64,000 bases of DNA from a virus. The stretch is taken from the IMG/VR virus record IMGVR_UViG_3300005613_000008, positions 63,324 to 127,323 of that record, one strand, 5' to 3'. The notes beneath the pieces were generated by a model, which did not search any database, was not told the DNA's origin, and saw only the letters and a program-made list of their open reading frames with translations. Below, piece after piece: positions 47,656 to 56,880 of this stretch (the stretch's first letter is position 1; every line of letters starts with the position of its first letter). A program made the position numbers and the translations under genes.

Positions 47656-48423
47656 ATGGGAATCAATATGGAACTAATGCGGAAGAAGCTAGCCACACTT
47701 CGTGGCGAGGGTGGAGGCGACCGCACCTCTGTCTGGTTCAAGCCGGATGAGGGCGACACGGACATTCGTATCGTCCCGACTGCTGACGGTGATCCACTAA
47801 AGGAGATTTTCTTCCACTATAACATTGAGGGACACAAGGCAGGTATTATGTGTCCAAAGCGAAACTTCGGTGAAGAGTGCGCTATCTGTGACTTTGCGTC
47901 CAAGCTTTGGCGTGATGGAACCGAAAACAACGATGAGGAAACAAAGAAACTTGCTAAGTCTCTCTTTGTTCGCACTCGTTACTTCTCGCCAGTAGTTGTT
48001 CGTGGTCTAGAATCCGAGGGTGTAAAGGTCTACGGCTACGGCAAGACCGCTTACGAACTCCTACTCGGTTACATTCTTGACCCGGAGTATGGCGATATTA
48101 CTGATGTAAAGGAAGGTACTGACATCACGATTACCTACACCAAGCCTACCCGCCCTGGCGCTTACCCGCAAACCAACATGAAGATGCGCCGTAACACCAG
48201 CGGTCTTCTTGAAGACGCAGACGCAATCCCTGGTCTGCTACAGAATATGCCGGACATTGATGGTCTGTTCACCCGCCATAGTTCAAGTGAGGTTTCTGCA
48301 ATCCTTGATTCTATGCTATCAGGCGATAGCTCCGCAGAGTCTCGTTCTCGCGAGACTACTCAGTACAACAGCAATCAGACCTCAAATGTCGATAAGGCAT
48401 TCAATGAACTAATGGCTGGCTAG
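47656..48423 (+). CDS. Single-stranded DNA-binding protein (T4 gp32-like)
   Basis: WFKP...IRIVP, CPK.NFGE.CAIC zinc site, RYFSPVVVR, KVYGYGK, DIT...GTD; AAGGAG SD before ATG 47656. Confidence 0.85.
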   Translation: MGINMELMRKKLATLRGEGGGDRTSVWFKPDEGDTDIRIVPTADGDPLKEIFFHYNIEGHKAGIMCPKRNFGEECAICDFASKLWRDGTENNDEETKKLAKSLFVRTRYFSPVVVRGLESEGVKVYGYGKTAYELLLGYILDPEYGDITDVKEGTDITITYTKPTRPGAYPQTNMKMRRNTSGLLEDADAIPGLLQNMPDIDGLFTRHSSSEVSAILDSMLSGDSSAESRSRETTQYNSNQTSNVDKAFNELMAG

Positions 48424-48445
48424 TAAAAGCGTATTGCTCCAATCG

Positions 48446-48478
48446 CCCCCACCCCTAAAAAGGTGGGGGTTTTTGTTT
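48446..48478 (+). terminator. Intrinsic terminator
   Basis: CCCCCACC-8nt-GGTGGGGG followed by TTTTTGTTT. Confidence 0.85.
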
Positions 48479-48505
48479 GCACTTTTCCTTTTGCTGTGTT
48501 ATAAT
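48477..48505 (+). promoter_or_regulatory. Sigma70-type promoter (TTGCAC-17-TGtTATAAT)
   Basis: Perfect -10 with the TG extension. Confidence 0.8.
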
Positions 48506-48578
48506 TACTACTGAGCTTCGGCTCGAAATTAAAGAAAAATAAAGTAAAGAAAAGTTAAATTAAATCAAGGAGAAATAT

Positions 48579-49691
48579 ATGGCTAAAACAAAAGCTGGTC
48601 GTGTTTCTATGGGCGACCTACGAGCAATGATAAACAAAAAAGCAGGTCGCAATGTCGCTCACGACCTAAGAGAAGACAACCCAACAGAGGTCAAGGAGTG
48701 GATCCCAACAGGATCTCGCTGGCTTGATTCTATTATCTGTAAGGGCAAGTATGCAGGTATTCCAGTTGGTAAGGTAACAGAACTTGCAGGACTTGAAGCA
48801 ACAGGCAAATCCTTCCTCGCTGCCCAGTGTGCCGCAAATGCACAGAAGATGGGAATTGGAGTTGTTTACTTTGATTCAGAGTCTGCAATTGATCCATCTT
48901 TTTTGGAGAAGGCTGGTTGTGATCTTGAGGCTATAATGTATGTACAGGCACAATCCGTTGAGTTTGTGCTTGAAACCATTGAAGAGATCTTGGGAGCCAC
49001 TGACGATAAGATGCTCTTTATTTGGGATTCACTCGCATTCACACCTTCTGTTTCAGACGTTGAGGGTGATTTCAACCCGCAGTCTTCCGTTGCTTCTAAG
49101 GCTCGCATTCTTGCAAAAGGAATGTCTAAGTTGATTGTTCCGCTTGCTGATAAACAGGCAACATTCTTGGTCCTCAATCAGTTGAAGACCAATATCCCAC
49201 AAGGACCAATGGCTCGTCAGATTGCAATGACAACTCCTTACATCACCCCCGGTGGTAAGGCGATGCACTATTCTTACTCTCTTCGCATCTGGCTTACAGG
49301 TCGCAAGAGCAAGGCTGCATACATCGAAGACGATAATGGTTTCCGCATTGGGTCTGAGGTAAAGGCAAAGCTAGAAAAGTCCCGCTTTGGAACACAGGGC
49401 AGAACCTGCACATTCCGTATTTTATGGGGAACCGAGAATATCGGCGTGCAATGTAATGAGAGTCTTTTTGAAGCCCTCAAGAATTTTATGAATGTCGCTG
49501 GCTCATGGTACACTTTTGAACACAATGGTTACACCAAGAAGTTTCAACCCAGTAAGTGGGCTGAAACAATGGAATCTGATCCAGAGTTTAAGCAGCATGT
49601 TTATGACTTTATGGACGAAGTAATTGTCCAGAAGTTTGACAAACGCGAAGGTGCAGCATCTGATTTCTACGAAGTGGACAAAGCCTCTTGA
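48579..49691 (+). CDS. uvsX: RecA/UvsX recombinase
   Basis: IPTGSRWLD, GIPVGKVTELAGLEATGKS (Walker A), YFDSE, IWDS, NQLK, TPGGKAMHY, KLEKSR. Confidence 0.93.
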   Translation: MAKTKAGRVSMGDLRAMINKKAGRNVAHDLREDNPTEVKEWIPTGSRWLDSIICKGKYAGIPVGKVTELAGLEATGKSFLAAQCAANAQKMGIGVVYFDSESAIDPSFLEKAGCDLEAIMYVQAQSVEFVLETIEEILGATDDKMLFIWDSLAFTPSVSDVEGDFNPQSSVASKARILAKGMSKLIVPLADKQATFLVLNQLKTNIPQGPMARQIAMTTPYITPGGKAMHYSYSLRIWLTGRKSKAAYIEDDNGFRIGSEVKAKLEKSRFGTQGRTCTFRILWGTENIGVQCNESLFEALKNFMNVAGSWYTFEHNGYTKKFQPSKWAETMESDPEFKQHVYDFMDEVIVQKFDKREGAASDFYEVDKAS

Positions 49692-49716
49692 CAGCGAGCC
49701 TCCACCCTGTTACATT
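49688..49716 (+). promoter_or_regulatory. Sigma70-type promoter (TTGACA-17-TGtTACATT) whose -10 is enclosed by a 9-bp inverted repeat
   Basis: CCTCCACCC 49699-49707 and GGGTGGAGG 49720-49728. Confidence 0.7.
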
Positions 49717-49812
49717 ATGGGGTGGAGGTAGTCAGCAAAAACTAGCAGACCAGTTTGGGTGCCCCAAGGGCTGCATTAAACACATTCTAAAAAACAGATC
49801 ATGGAGAGAATA

Positions 49813-50778
49813 ATGAAAAGAGTTCTAGTGATAGACATGAACAACGCTTATTTACGGGCGTTTATTATCGATCCCAGTCTATCTAACCACGGACAGCCTA
49901 TTGGCGGGATCAAGGGATCTATCAAGATCCTACAGAAACTGGTTAGAATGACAAATCCAAATGAGATTGTGATTTGCTGGGATGGACCAAATGGTTCTCA
50001 AAAGCGCAAGACTCTTGATTCAGGCTACAAAGAAGGACGCAAACCCTTACGCCTGAACCGCGCTGTCCACAATCTAACTGAGAACGAAGAGCTACAGAAC
50101 AAGTTGTGGCAGCAGATGCGAATCACAGAGTATCTAAACCAGATGCCGATTATTCAGCTTGTTCTTGAAAGAGTAGAAGCAGACGACATTATCTCTTATG
50201 TGTGCAGTTCTCCGCACTACAAGGGTTGGCAAAAGGTAATTGTCTCCAACGATAAAGACTTTCTTCAGTTGTGTAATGAAGAAACGGTAGTGTATCGCCC
50301 TACAACAGATAAGATTGAGACCAAGAAGACCGTCATTGAGTCTCTCGGTATTCACCCTACAAACATGGCTCTTGCTCGCGCTATGGTTGGCGATGCAAGC
50401 GATAACCTTCCAGGCGTCAGCCGTGTAGGTTTCAAGACGATTGCAGGCAAGTTACCTTTTATGAGCGAAGAACGAAGCGTAACGATTGATGAGCTGCTTG
50501 ATTATTGCGAGAACACAGACTCAAAACTCAAAGTCTATAAGAATATCCGAGAATCAAAGAAAATTATTGAACACAACTACAAAATGATGCAGTTGTACTC
50601 TCCACTTATCTCCGTTCAGGGCAAGCAGACGATTGATTATGCCCTTGAGAACTTTGAATGCGACTTCAATAAGACCGAGTTGTTGAAGCTAATGATGGAA
50701 GACGGCTTTGGAGAGCTAAACTGGGAAGAATTGAAGACGTTTCTAAATAAGATTTCCAGAGAGTGTAACGATAAATAG
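49813..50778 (+). CDS. 5'-3' exonuclease / RNase H (T4 rnh, PolI 5' nuclease family)
   Basis: LVIDMNN, WDG, YKEGR, VEADD, VSNDKDFLQL, GDASDNLPGV; likely start ATG 49813. Confidence 0.9.
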   Translation: MKRVLVIDMNNAYLRAFIIDPSLSNHGQPIGGIKGSIKILQKLVRMTNPNEIVICWDGPNGSQKRKTLDSGYKEGRKPLRLNRAVHNLTENEELQNKLWQQMRITEYLNQMPIIQLVLERVEADDIISYVCSSPHYKGWQKVIVSNDKDFLQLCNEETVVYRPTTDKIETKKTVIESLGIHPTNMALARAMVGDASDNLPGVSRVGFKTIAGKLPFMSEERSVTIDELLDYCENTDSKLKVYKNIRESKKIIEHNYKMMQLYSPLISVQGKQTIDYALENFECDFNKTELLKLMMEDGFGELNWEELKTFLNKISRECNDK

Positions 50779-50788
50779 GACTATTTAT
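50771..50788 (+). promoter_or_regulatory. Putative late promoter embedded in a palindrome ATAAATAG-ga-CTATTTAT
   Basis: ACTATTTA 50780-50787, 25 nt before the 50805 start. Confidence 0.6.
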
Positions 50789-50804
50789 TACCGAGGTGTA
50801 GTAA

Positions 50805-51569
50805 ATGGAAAATCAATTCTCAAAGTTTATGGATAAGAAGGACTTCTTCTTTCAGCTAGGTCAAAAAGACGGACAGGACGGAAAGTATAGAACTCGTGAA
50901 GAGATTTCTGGGCTTCCTGATGTCGGTCAGATCTCGGAAGATGATTTCCAAGAGTATCTTTCAGGTCGTGAGGTTGGTGAAGAGGATTCCCACTACTACG
51001 GTGACTTGTACGAACTTGACGAAGAAAACCTTCTAAACTTTGTAAATGAAGAAGAGGTTGAACTAGATGAGAAAAAAAAGAAGAAGTCAAAAGGCAAGAA
51101 AGATGCTTGCTACCACAAGGTTCGCGCTCGCTATGACGTGTGGCCTTCTGCTTATGCCAGTGGGGCTCTCGTTAAATGCCGCAAAGTTGGTGCTGCAAAC
51201 TGGGGCAACAAGTCCAAGAAGAAAGAGGGGATAGAACTAGACGATCAACTTCTTCAGATCATTAAAGAAGAATACCAAGCAGTGCTTGCCGAAAAAAAAA
51301 AGAAGAAGGCGGGCACTGAGTCAAGCAAAGAATCAAGTTTAAGAGACTGGTTTGGTCGTAAAGGCGGCAAGGGCTCTTCATCTGGCTGGGTAGATTGTAA
51401 CACTTGTCGTAAGGACAAAAAGACAGGCAGAAAGAAGTGCAGTTCTTGCGGTCGTAAGAGTGGCGAGAAGCGCTCTAAATATCCATCTTGTCGCCCAACT
51501 CCTGGCGCTTGCGAAGAAAGTGGTCGCGGAAAGTCTTGGGGCAAGAAGTCAGCTAAGGGAAAGGAATAA
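50805..51569 (+). CDS. Acidic/basic modular protein with K/C-rich modules (putative head-internal protein)
   Basis: KKDACYHKVRARYDVWPSAYASGALVKCRK and SLRDWF...WVDC...YPSCRP modules; internal LLQIIKEEY motif. Confidence 0.65.
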   Translation: MENQFSKFMDKKDFFFQLGQKDGQDGKYRTREEISGLPDVGQISEDDFQEYLSGREVGEEDSHYYGDLYELDEENLLNFVNEEEVELDEKKKKKSKGKKDACYHKVRARYDVWPSAYASGALVKCRKVGAANWGNKSKKKEGIELDDQLLQIIKEEYQAVLAEKKKKKAGTESSKESSLRDWFGRKGGKGSSSGWVDCNTCRKDKKTGRKKCSSCGRKSGEKRSKYPSCRPTPGACEESGRGKSWGKKSAKGKE

Positions 51570-53425
51570 TGAACATTCAAAAAATAATAGCAGAAGAACT
51601 AAAGCTTTTCCTTGAGGGTAAAGCAGAAGACCTTGTTTCAAAATACCCCGATCTTCAACCCGCTTACGATGCGGGCATCAAGAGCCCACAATATCTTCGG
51701 TGGATTCGGAAGCGCCGTGGCGGCGAACCAGTAGAAGACATTGTTGGTGTCGTCCAAGCCTTCGACGCTGCGAAGCAGCGTCTGAAAGCCAAAGGAATGT
51801 CACCTGACATTTATGCTTACAAGACGCCTGCTGTTCTTCGTCAAACTTTAGAAGACCTTGGCGGCTCCAAAGGAGCCGAAACTCGTCGTCTCAAAGATGA
51901 AGAAACAACCTACCTTGGAACCTTCGGTGATTGGATCGTGGCGATGCCACATACACGCGAAAGTTCGTGTCAGTTGGGCAAAGGCACCACATGGTGTACT
52001 GCCGCCACGCAATCACAAAACCTTTTCCTTTCATATGTTGCTAGAAAAGATGAAGACATTGTTCTTTATTACCTCATCAGAAAAGGTGCGGATCCAAGAG
52101 AAGATTCAACTGCTAAGCTTTCTGTTGGTTTTGTGAATGGAGAGCCGATTCTTGATGGAGAGGATGGTCATGTATCAGTTGATGCTAACAACAGAGGACT
52201 TGACGAGAGAAGACTTTCAAACATTCTAGGCGATCAGTTTGAGCCCATCATGACTGCAATGAAAGAAAGCGCTAGTTCAATTGAAGGTAAACACCCTGCC
52301 AAAAAGCAGGTGGAAAAGATTGCAAAGTCTAAAGATCCATCTGTTATTGACAAGTATGTGAGAGGCATGAAAGGAGACGAGAGAGAAGACTTCCTAGTGC
52401 AACTGTTGGAGTTTGAACCAAGCCCAGAAATTCTAGCAAAGCTTTCTGATGATGAGGGTTTTCGTGTCAGAAGAGATGTAGCCGGAAACCCTTCCACACC
52501 TCCCCAGATCTTAGTAAAGCTTTCTGATGATAAAGACGTATATGTCAGAATAGCTGTAGCCAGAAACCCTTCCATAACTCCCCAGATCTTAGCAAGGCTT
52601 TCTGATGATGAGGTTCCTAATGTCAGAGGAGCTATAGCCGGAAACCCTTCCATAACTCCCCAGATCTTAGCAAGGCTTTCTGATGATAAAGACGTATATG
52701 TCAGAATAGCTGTAGCCAGAAACCCTTCCATAACTCCCCAGATCTTAGCAAGGCTTTCTGATGATAAAGACGTATATGTCAGAATAGCTGTAGCCGGAAA
52801 CCCTTCCACACCTCCCCAGATCTTAGCAAAGCTTTCTGATGATAAGAATCCTTCTATCAGAGAAGCTGTAGCCAGAAACCCTTCCACAACTCCCCAGATC
52901 TTAGCAAAGCTTTCTGATGATAAGAATCCTTCTATCAGAGAAGCTGTAGCCAAAAACCCTTCCACACCTCCCCAGATCTTAGCAAAGCTTTCTGATGATG
53001 AGGATTTTTATGTCAAATGGGTTGCTGCAAACAACCCTAACTTTCCTAAACAACAGGACAACATAAATGAGTCCTTGTTTGATTTAAGAACTACTTACGA
53101 TGAGGGCACTACCATGCAATTTACCGAAGAATACATCAGACAAGTAATCAAAGAAGAATATGAGGCACTTCTTGACGAAAAGAAAAAGAAGCCTTGTAAG
53201 CCAGCTAAGGGAAAGCGTTTTGCTAAGCGTGTAAATGGCAAGTGTCGCTCATACGGGCAGGCAGGACAAGCAAAGGGCGGCGGTGATCGTATTCGTCCCG
53301 GCACAAAGAAAGGAGATGCTTACTGCGCTCGCTCTGCTAAGATTAAGAAGTGCAAGAACCCACCTTGTGCCAACGATCTTTCACGAAAGAAATGGAAGTG
53401 CCGTGGCTCTAAGTCAATGAAATAG
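51569..53425 (+). CDS. Multidomain protein: signal-like N-terminus, SCQLGKGTTWCT domain, 8 LRV/HEAT-like repeats, K/C-rich C-terminal module
   Basis: MNIQKIIAEEL; repeats IL.KLSDD....VR.AVA.NPS..PQ; internal MQFTEEYIRQVIKEEY at 53114. Confidence 0.75.
   Translation: MNIQKIIAEELKLFLEGKAEDLVSKYPDLQPAYDAGIKSPQYLRWIRKRRGGEPVEDIVGVVQAFDAAKQRLKAKGMSPDIYAYKTPAVLRQTLEDLGGSKGAETRRLKDEETTYLGTFGDWIVAMPHTRESSCQLGKGTTWCTAATQSQNLFLSYVARKDEDIVLYYLIRKGADPREDSTAKLSVGFVNGEPILDGEDGHVSVDANNRGLDERRLSNILGDQFEPIMTAMKESASSIEGKHPAKKQVEKIAKSKDPSVIDKYVRGMKGDEREDFLVQLLEFEPSPEILAKLSDDEGFRVRRDVAGNPSTPPQILVKLSDDKDVYVRIAVARNPSITPQILARLSDDEVPNVRGAIAGNPSITPQILARLSDDKDVYVRIAVARNPSITPQILARLSDDKDVYVRIAVAGNPSTPPQILAKLSDDKNPSIREAVARNPSTTPQILAKLSDDKNPSIREAVAKNPSTPPQILAKLSDDEDFYVKWVAANNPNFPKQQDNINESLFDLRTTYDEGTTMQFTEEYIRQVIKEEYEALLDEKKKKPCKPAKGKRFAKRVNGKCRSYGQAGQAKGGGDRIRPGTKKGDAYCARSAKIKKCKNPPCANDLSRKKWKCRGSKSMK
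52424..53047 (+). repeat. Eight tandem 78-bp (26-aa) leucine-rich-variant repeats
   Basis: CCCCAGATC recurs at 52502, 52580, 52658, 52736, 52814, 52892 and 52970. Confidence 0.92.
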
Positions 53426-53464
53426 TTAGGCATCGTCAAGATTAAAAATAAAGCGTAACTCGCC

Positions 53465-53492
53465 TTGACTTTTTATCTGGATCGGTTATATT
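53465..53492 (+). promoter_or_regulatory. Sigma70-type promoter (TTGACT-16-TATATT)
   Basis: Intergenic, before the helicase with AGGAG SD. Confidence 0.55.
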
Positions 53493-53517
53493 TAGTAGTG
53501 CGAGACCTAGGAGCATT

Positions 53518-54909
53518 ATGCTTGCACACAAAGCAGATTTTGGAAGGTACGGTAAGTCCTTCCAAGAGGGGCTTGTTCAACTCATTTTTGAGGATCGACC
53601 CTTCGCAGACCAAATCACTGAAGTTCTAGACGTTGAGTTTCTGGAACTTGAGTACCTTCGCACGTTTGTTGCGAAGATTGTGGAATACAGAACAAAGTAT
53701 GGAAAGCATCCTTCCACAAATGCTATGATTTCCATCCTTCGTACAGAACTTGATAGAGAGTCAGAAGTAACTCAGCAGCAGGTTCGTGACTATTTTGCGA
53801 GAGTCCATACAAATGAAATTGCTGATGACATAGATTACATTAAAGAGACTTCTCTTGATTTCTGCCGTAAGCAGAAGCTAAAAGAAGCAATGATGAAGTC
53901 TGTTGGACTTCTTCAGACTTGCTCATTTGATGAGATCTCGAAGGTTATCAACGATGCGCTCAAGTTAGGATCAGAGAACAACTTTGGACACGATTTTATT
54001 GCAGACTTTGAAGAGCGCTACAAGCCAAAGTTTAGACTTCCAGTAACAACAGGATGGAACGAAATTGACACTATCACTAGTGGCGGACTTGGTAGAAATG
54101 AGCTTGGCGTCGTTATTGCCCCTACTGGCGCAGGTAAGTCTATGGCTCTTGTTCACCTTGGATCTCAGGCTATCAAAGAGGGCAAGACTGTTGTTCATTA
54201 CACCCTTGAGTTGCAGGATACGGTTGTTGCTTGTCGCTATGATTCTTGTATCACAAAATATCCTCTATCCGATCTCGCAAACTTCAAGGACGAGATTTTT
54301 GAAGAGATTAAGGATCTTGATGGAACTCTAATCGTCAAGGAATACCCAACCAAGTCTGCCTCAACGAACACCATCAAGGCACACCTTGCTCGTCTAGTCA
54401 AGAGGGGAATAGAGCCCGGCATGGTCATCGTAGATTACGCAGATTTGCTACGCCCTGTCGTAGTCCGAAAAGAAAAACGGACGGAACTGGAGTCAATCTA
54501 CGAGGAACTACGAGGACTTTCCAACGAGTTCAACTGTCCTGTTTGGACTGCTTCTCAAACCAACCGTTCTGGTCTTAACGCTGAGGTTGTGACAATGGAG
54601 CAGATCTCTGAGGCATTTAACAAGTGTTTCGTTGCCGACTTTATTTGTACTCTTTCGCGAACGATCGAGGACAAACAAAACAATAAGGCGAAGATGTTTA
54701 TCGCCAAGAATCGTAACGGACCAGATGGTCTTGTCTATGATCTCTTTATGGACACTTCCAATGTCTGTATCAAAATGTTAGGTAAGCCAGCAGCCCCTTC
54801 TGCTACAACACAAATTGCCACAAATCCAGTTGTTGTTAGCACGAAAGAGCAAAAAGAAATTTTGAAGAACAAATATGATAAGTTTAGAAAACTAAGGAGT
54901 AATAACTAA
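53518..54909 (+). CDS. dnaB: Replicative DnaB-like helicase (gp41-like)
   Basis: GLGRNELGVVIAPTGAGKS, YTLEL, IVDYADLL, WTASQTNR, AKNRNG. Confidence 0.92.
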   Translation: MLAHKADFGRYGKSFQEGLVQLIFEDRPFADQITEVLDVEFLELEYLRTFVAKIVEYRTKYGKHPSTNAMISILRTELDRESEVTQQQVRDYFARVHTNEIADDIDYIKETSLDFCRKQKLKEAMMKSVGLLQTCSFDEISKVINDALKLGSENNFGHDFIADFEERYKPKFRLPVTTGWNEIDTITSGGLGRNELGVVIAPTGAGKSMALVHLGSQAIKEGKTVVHYTLELQDTVVACRYDSCITKYPLSDLANFKDEIFEEIKDLDGTLIVKEYPTKSASTNTIKAHLARLVKRGIEPGMVIVDYADLLRPVVVRKEKRTELESIYEELRGLSNEFNCPVWTASQTNRSGLNAEVVTMEQISEAFNKCFVADFICTLSRTIEDKQNNKAKMFIAKNRNGPDGLVYDLFMDTSNVCIKMLGKPAAPSATTQIATNPVVVSTKEQKEILKNKYDKFRKLRSNN

Positions 54910-56870
54910 TGAGAACACATATTCGTAGATTTAAATTGTCAGACACTTTTATTGATCAATATAGAGAACAGCAAGTTCCTTGGGGACCGCTTGGTTATAT
55001 TACATTCAAACGTACATATGCTCGCCGCTTGAACGAGTTTGACGATAATGCAAGCGGAACTGAGGAATGGTTTCAAACTTGTCGTCGCGTTATTGAAGGC
55101 ATGTTTGAAATGCAGAAGCAGCATGTTTATCGTCTTGGTCTTGAGTGGAATGACAATAAAGCACAGAAGACGGCAAAGGACGCATACGATCGCCTCTTCA
55201 ATCTAAAATGGACACCTCCCGGTCGAGGTCTTTGGATGATGGGCACAAAATTCGTAAATGAGCGTACCGCCGCAGGTCTATTCAACTGCGCTTTCCGCTC
55301 AACCAGAGAGCTAAACACTAAAGGTGGATATCTATTTGCTTGGATGATGGATGCTCTTATGCTTGGTATCGGTGTTGGATTCGATACTCTCGGAGCAGGC
55401 ACACTAACTGTTCAGCAGCCCGAGTTTGCTACTGAGAACTATGTTATTGGTGATTCTCGTGAAGGCTGGGTTGAGTCTGTAAAGATCCTTCTTAATGGCT
55501 TCCTATTTGGCGCTAAGATTCCTCAGTTTGATTACTCCGCTATTCGTCCATATGGTGCTCCAATTAGTGGCTTTGGCGGAACCTCCAGCGGTCACGGACC
55601 CCTAAAGGAGCTACACGAGAGCCTAATTGAACTTTACACTCCGCGTATTGGACAACCAATCACCTCTGTAGATATTGTTGATACAGAAAACCTTATTGGT
55701 CGTTGTGTTGTTGCAGGCAACGTTCGTCGTTCTGCCGCATTGGCTCTCGGCAACCACGAAGACTTTGAATACCTACAGATGAAGAATGACTCTGAGAAGT
55801 TGGCTCACCATCGCTGGGGTTCTAACAATTCTTTCCACGCTATCGTGGGTCAAGATTACGCTTGGCACGCAGAACAGTCACAGAAGAACGGCGAGCCCGG
55901 CTACATTTGGCTAGACAACGCACGCACCCGTGGTCGTTTTGCTGATCCTCCGAGAGACGATGATAAAAATGTTATGGGTTTCAACCCTTGTGTTGAGCAA
56001 CAGCTAGAAGATGCCGAACTTTGCTGTCTTGTTGAGACTTTCCCAGCCAAGCATGAAACCTACGAGGATTACCTCGCAACACTCAAAATTGCCTACCTTT
56101 ACGGCAAGACCGTTACTCTCGCAAACACCCATTGGGCTGAGACTAACGCAAAGATGCTTAAAAACCGACGCATTGGTCTTTCACAATCTGGCGTTGTTCA
56201 GGCATTTAACAAGTTTGGTCGCCGTCAAATGCTAGATTGGTGTAACAACGCCTATGAGCATGTGAGAGAACTAGATAAAATTTACTCAGATTGGCTCTGT
56301 ATCCCGCAGTCAGTAAGAATGACTAGTATCAAGCCTTCTGGGACAGTCTCTCTTCTCAACGGTTCAACACCCGGTATTCATTACCCCGAGGACGAGTTCT
56401 ACATTCGCCGCATTCGCTTTGCTTCTAATAGCGAAATGCTACCAGCACTCAAGGAGGCAGGCTATAAGATTGAGCCAGATCACTACTCTCCAAACACAAT
56501 GTGTGTTGAATTCCCCGTCCACGAAGAACATTTCAAAAAGGGTAAGCGCGAGATTACGATGTGGGAGCAGTTGGAGATTGCTGCTCAGTATCAGTATTTT
56601 TGGGCTGATAACTCTGTATCTATTACAGTAACTTTCAAGCCAGAGGAAGCGGCAGATATCAAAACTGCCCTTGAAATGTACGAAACTAGACTCAAGGCTG
56701 TCTCATTCCTACTCTACGAAGAAACCGGTTATGTTCAGGCACCCTATGAGCCTATCACCCGAGAACAGTATGAAGAAATGAGCAAGAACATAACTCCTAT
56801 TCAGCGCTTTAACACCGACGAGGGCGGTGAGGGAACTAGATTTTGTGATAGTGAATCATGTATAATTTAA
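54909..56870 (+). CDS. nrdJ: Class II (B12-dependent) ribonucleotide reductase, RTPR type
   Basis: PPGRGLW, FNCAF, VVAGNVRRSA, NPCVEQ, CCLVE, RRIGL, TSIKPSGTVS. Confidence 0.92.
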   Translation: MRTHIRRFKLSDTFIDQYREQQVPWGPLGYITFKRTYARRLNEFDDNASGTEEWFQTCRRVIEGMFEMQKQHVYRLGLEWNDNKAQKTAKDAYDRLFNLKWTPPGRGLWMMGTKFVNERTAAGLFNCAFRSTRELNTKGGYLFAWMMDALMLGIGVGFDTLGAGTLTVQQPEFATENYVIGDSREGWVESVKILLNGFLFGAKIPQFDYSAIRPYGAPISGFGGTSSGHGPLKELHESLIELYTPRIGQPITSVDIVDTENLIGRCVVAGNVRRSAALALGNHEDFEYLQMKNDSEKLAHHRWGSNNSFHAIVGQDYAWHAEQSQKNGEPGYIWLDNARTRGRFADPPRDDDKNVMGFNPCVEQQLEDAELCCLVETFPAKHETYEDYLATLKIAYLYGKTVTLANTHWAETNAKMLKNRRIGLSQSGVVQAFNKFGRRQMLDWCNNAYEHVRELDKIYSDWLCIPQSVRMTSIKPSGTVSLLNGSTPGIHYPEDEFYIRRIRFASNSEMLPALKEAGYKIEPDHYSPNTMCVEFPVHEEHFKKGKREITMWEQLEIAAQYQYFWADNSVSITVTFKPEEAADIKTALEMYETRLKAVSFLLYEETGYVQAPYEPITREQYEEMSKNITPIQRFNTDEGGEGTRFCDSESCII

Positions 56871-56880
56871 TGGAGGAAAA

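Noticed and set aside
52234-52965. 243-aa repetitive minus-strand ORF
   Set aside because: Mirror of the 78-bp LRV repeats; no own expression signals.
52424-53047. Regular tandem repeats resembling a CRISPR array
   Set aside because: Units are a contiguous 78 bp (multiple of 3) with no unique spacers and translate to a known protein repeat type; no cas genes are present.
12635-56870. Inteins or group I introns in terminase, polymerase, helicase or RNR
   Set aside because: Conserved motifs are normally spaced, and no intein C/S...HN boundaries or frame breaks are visible.
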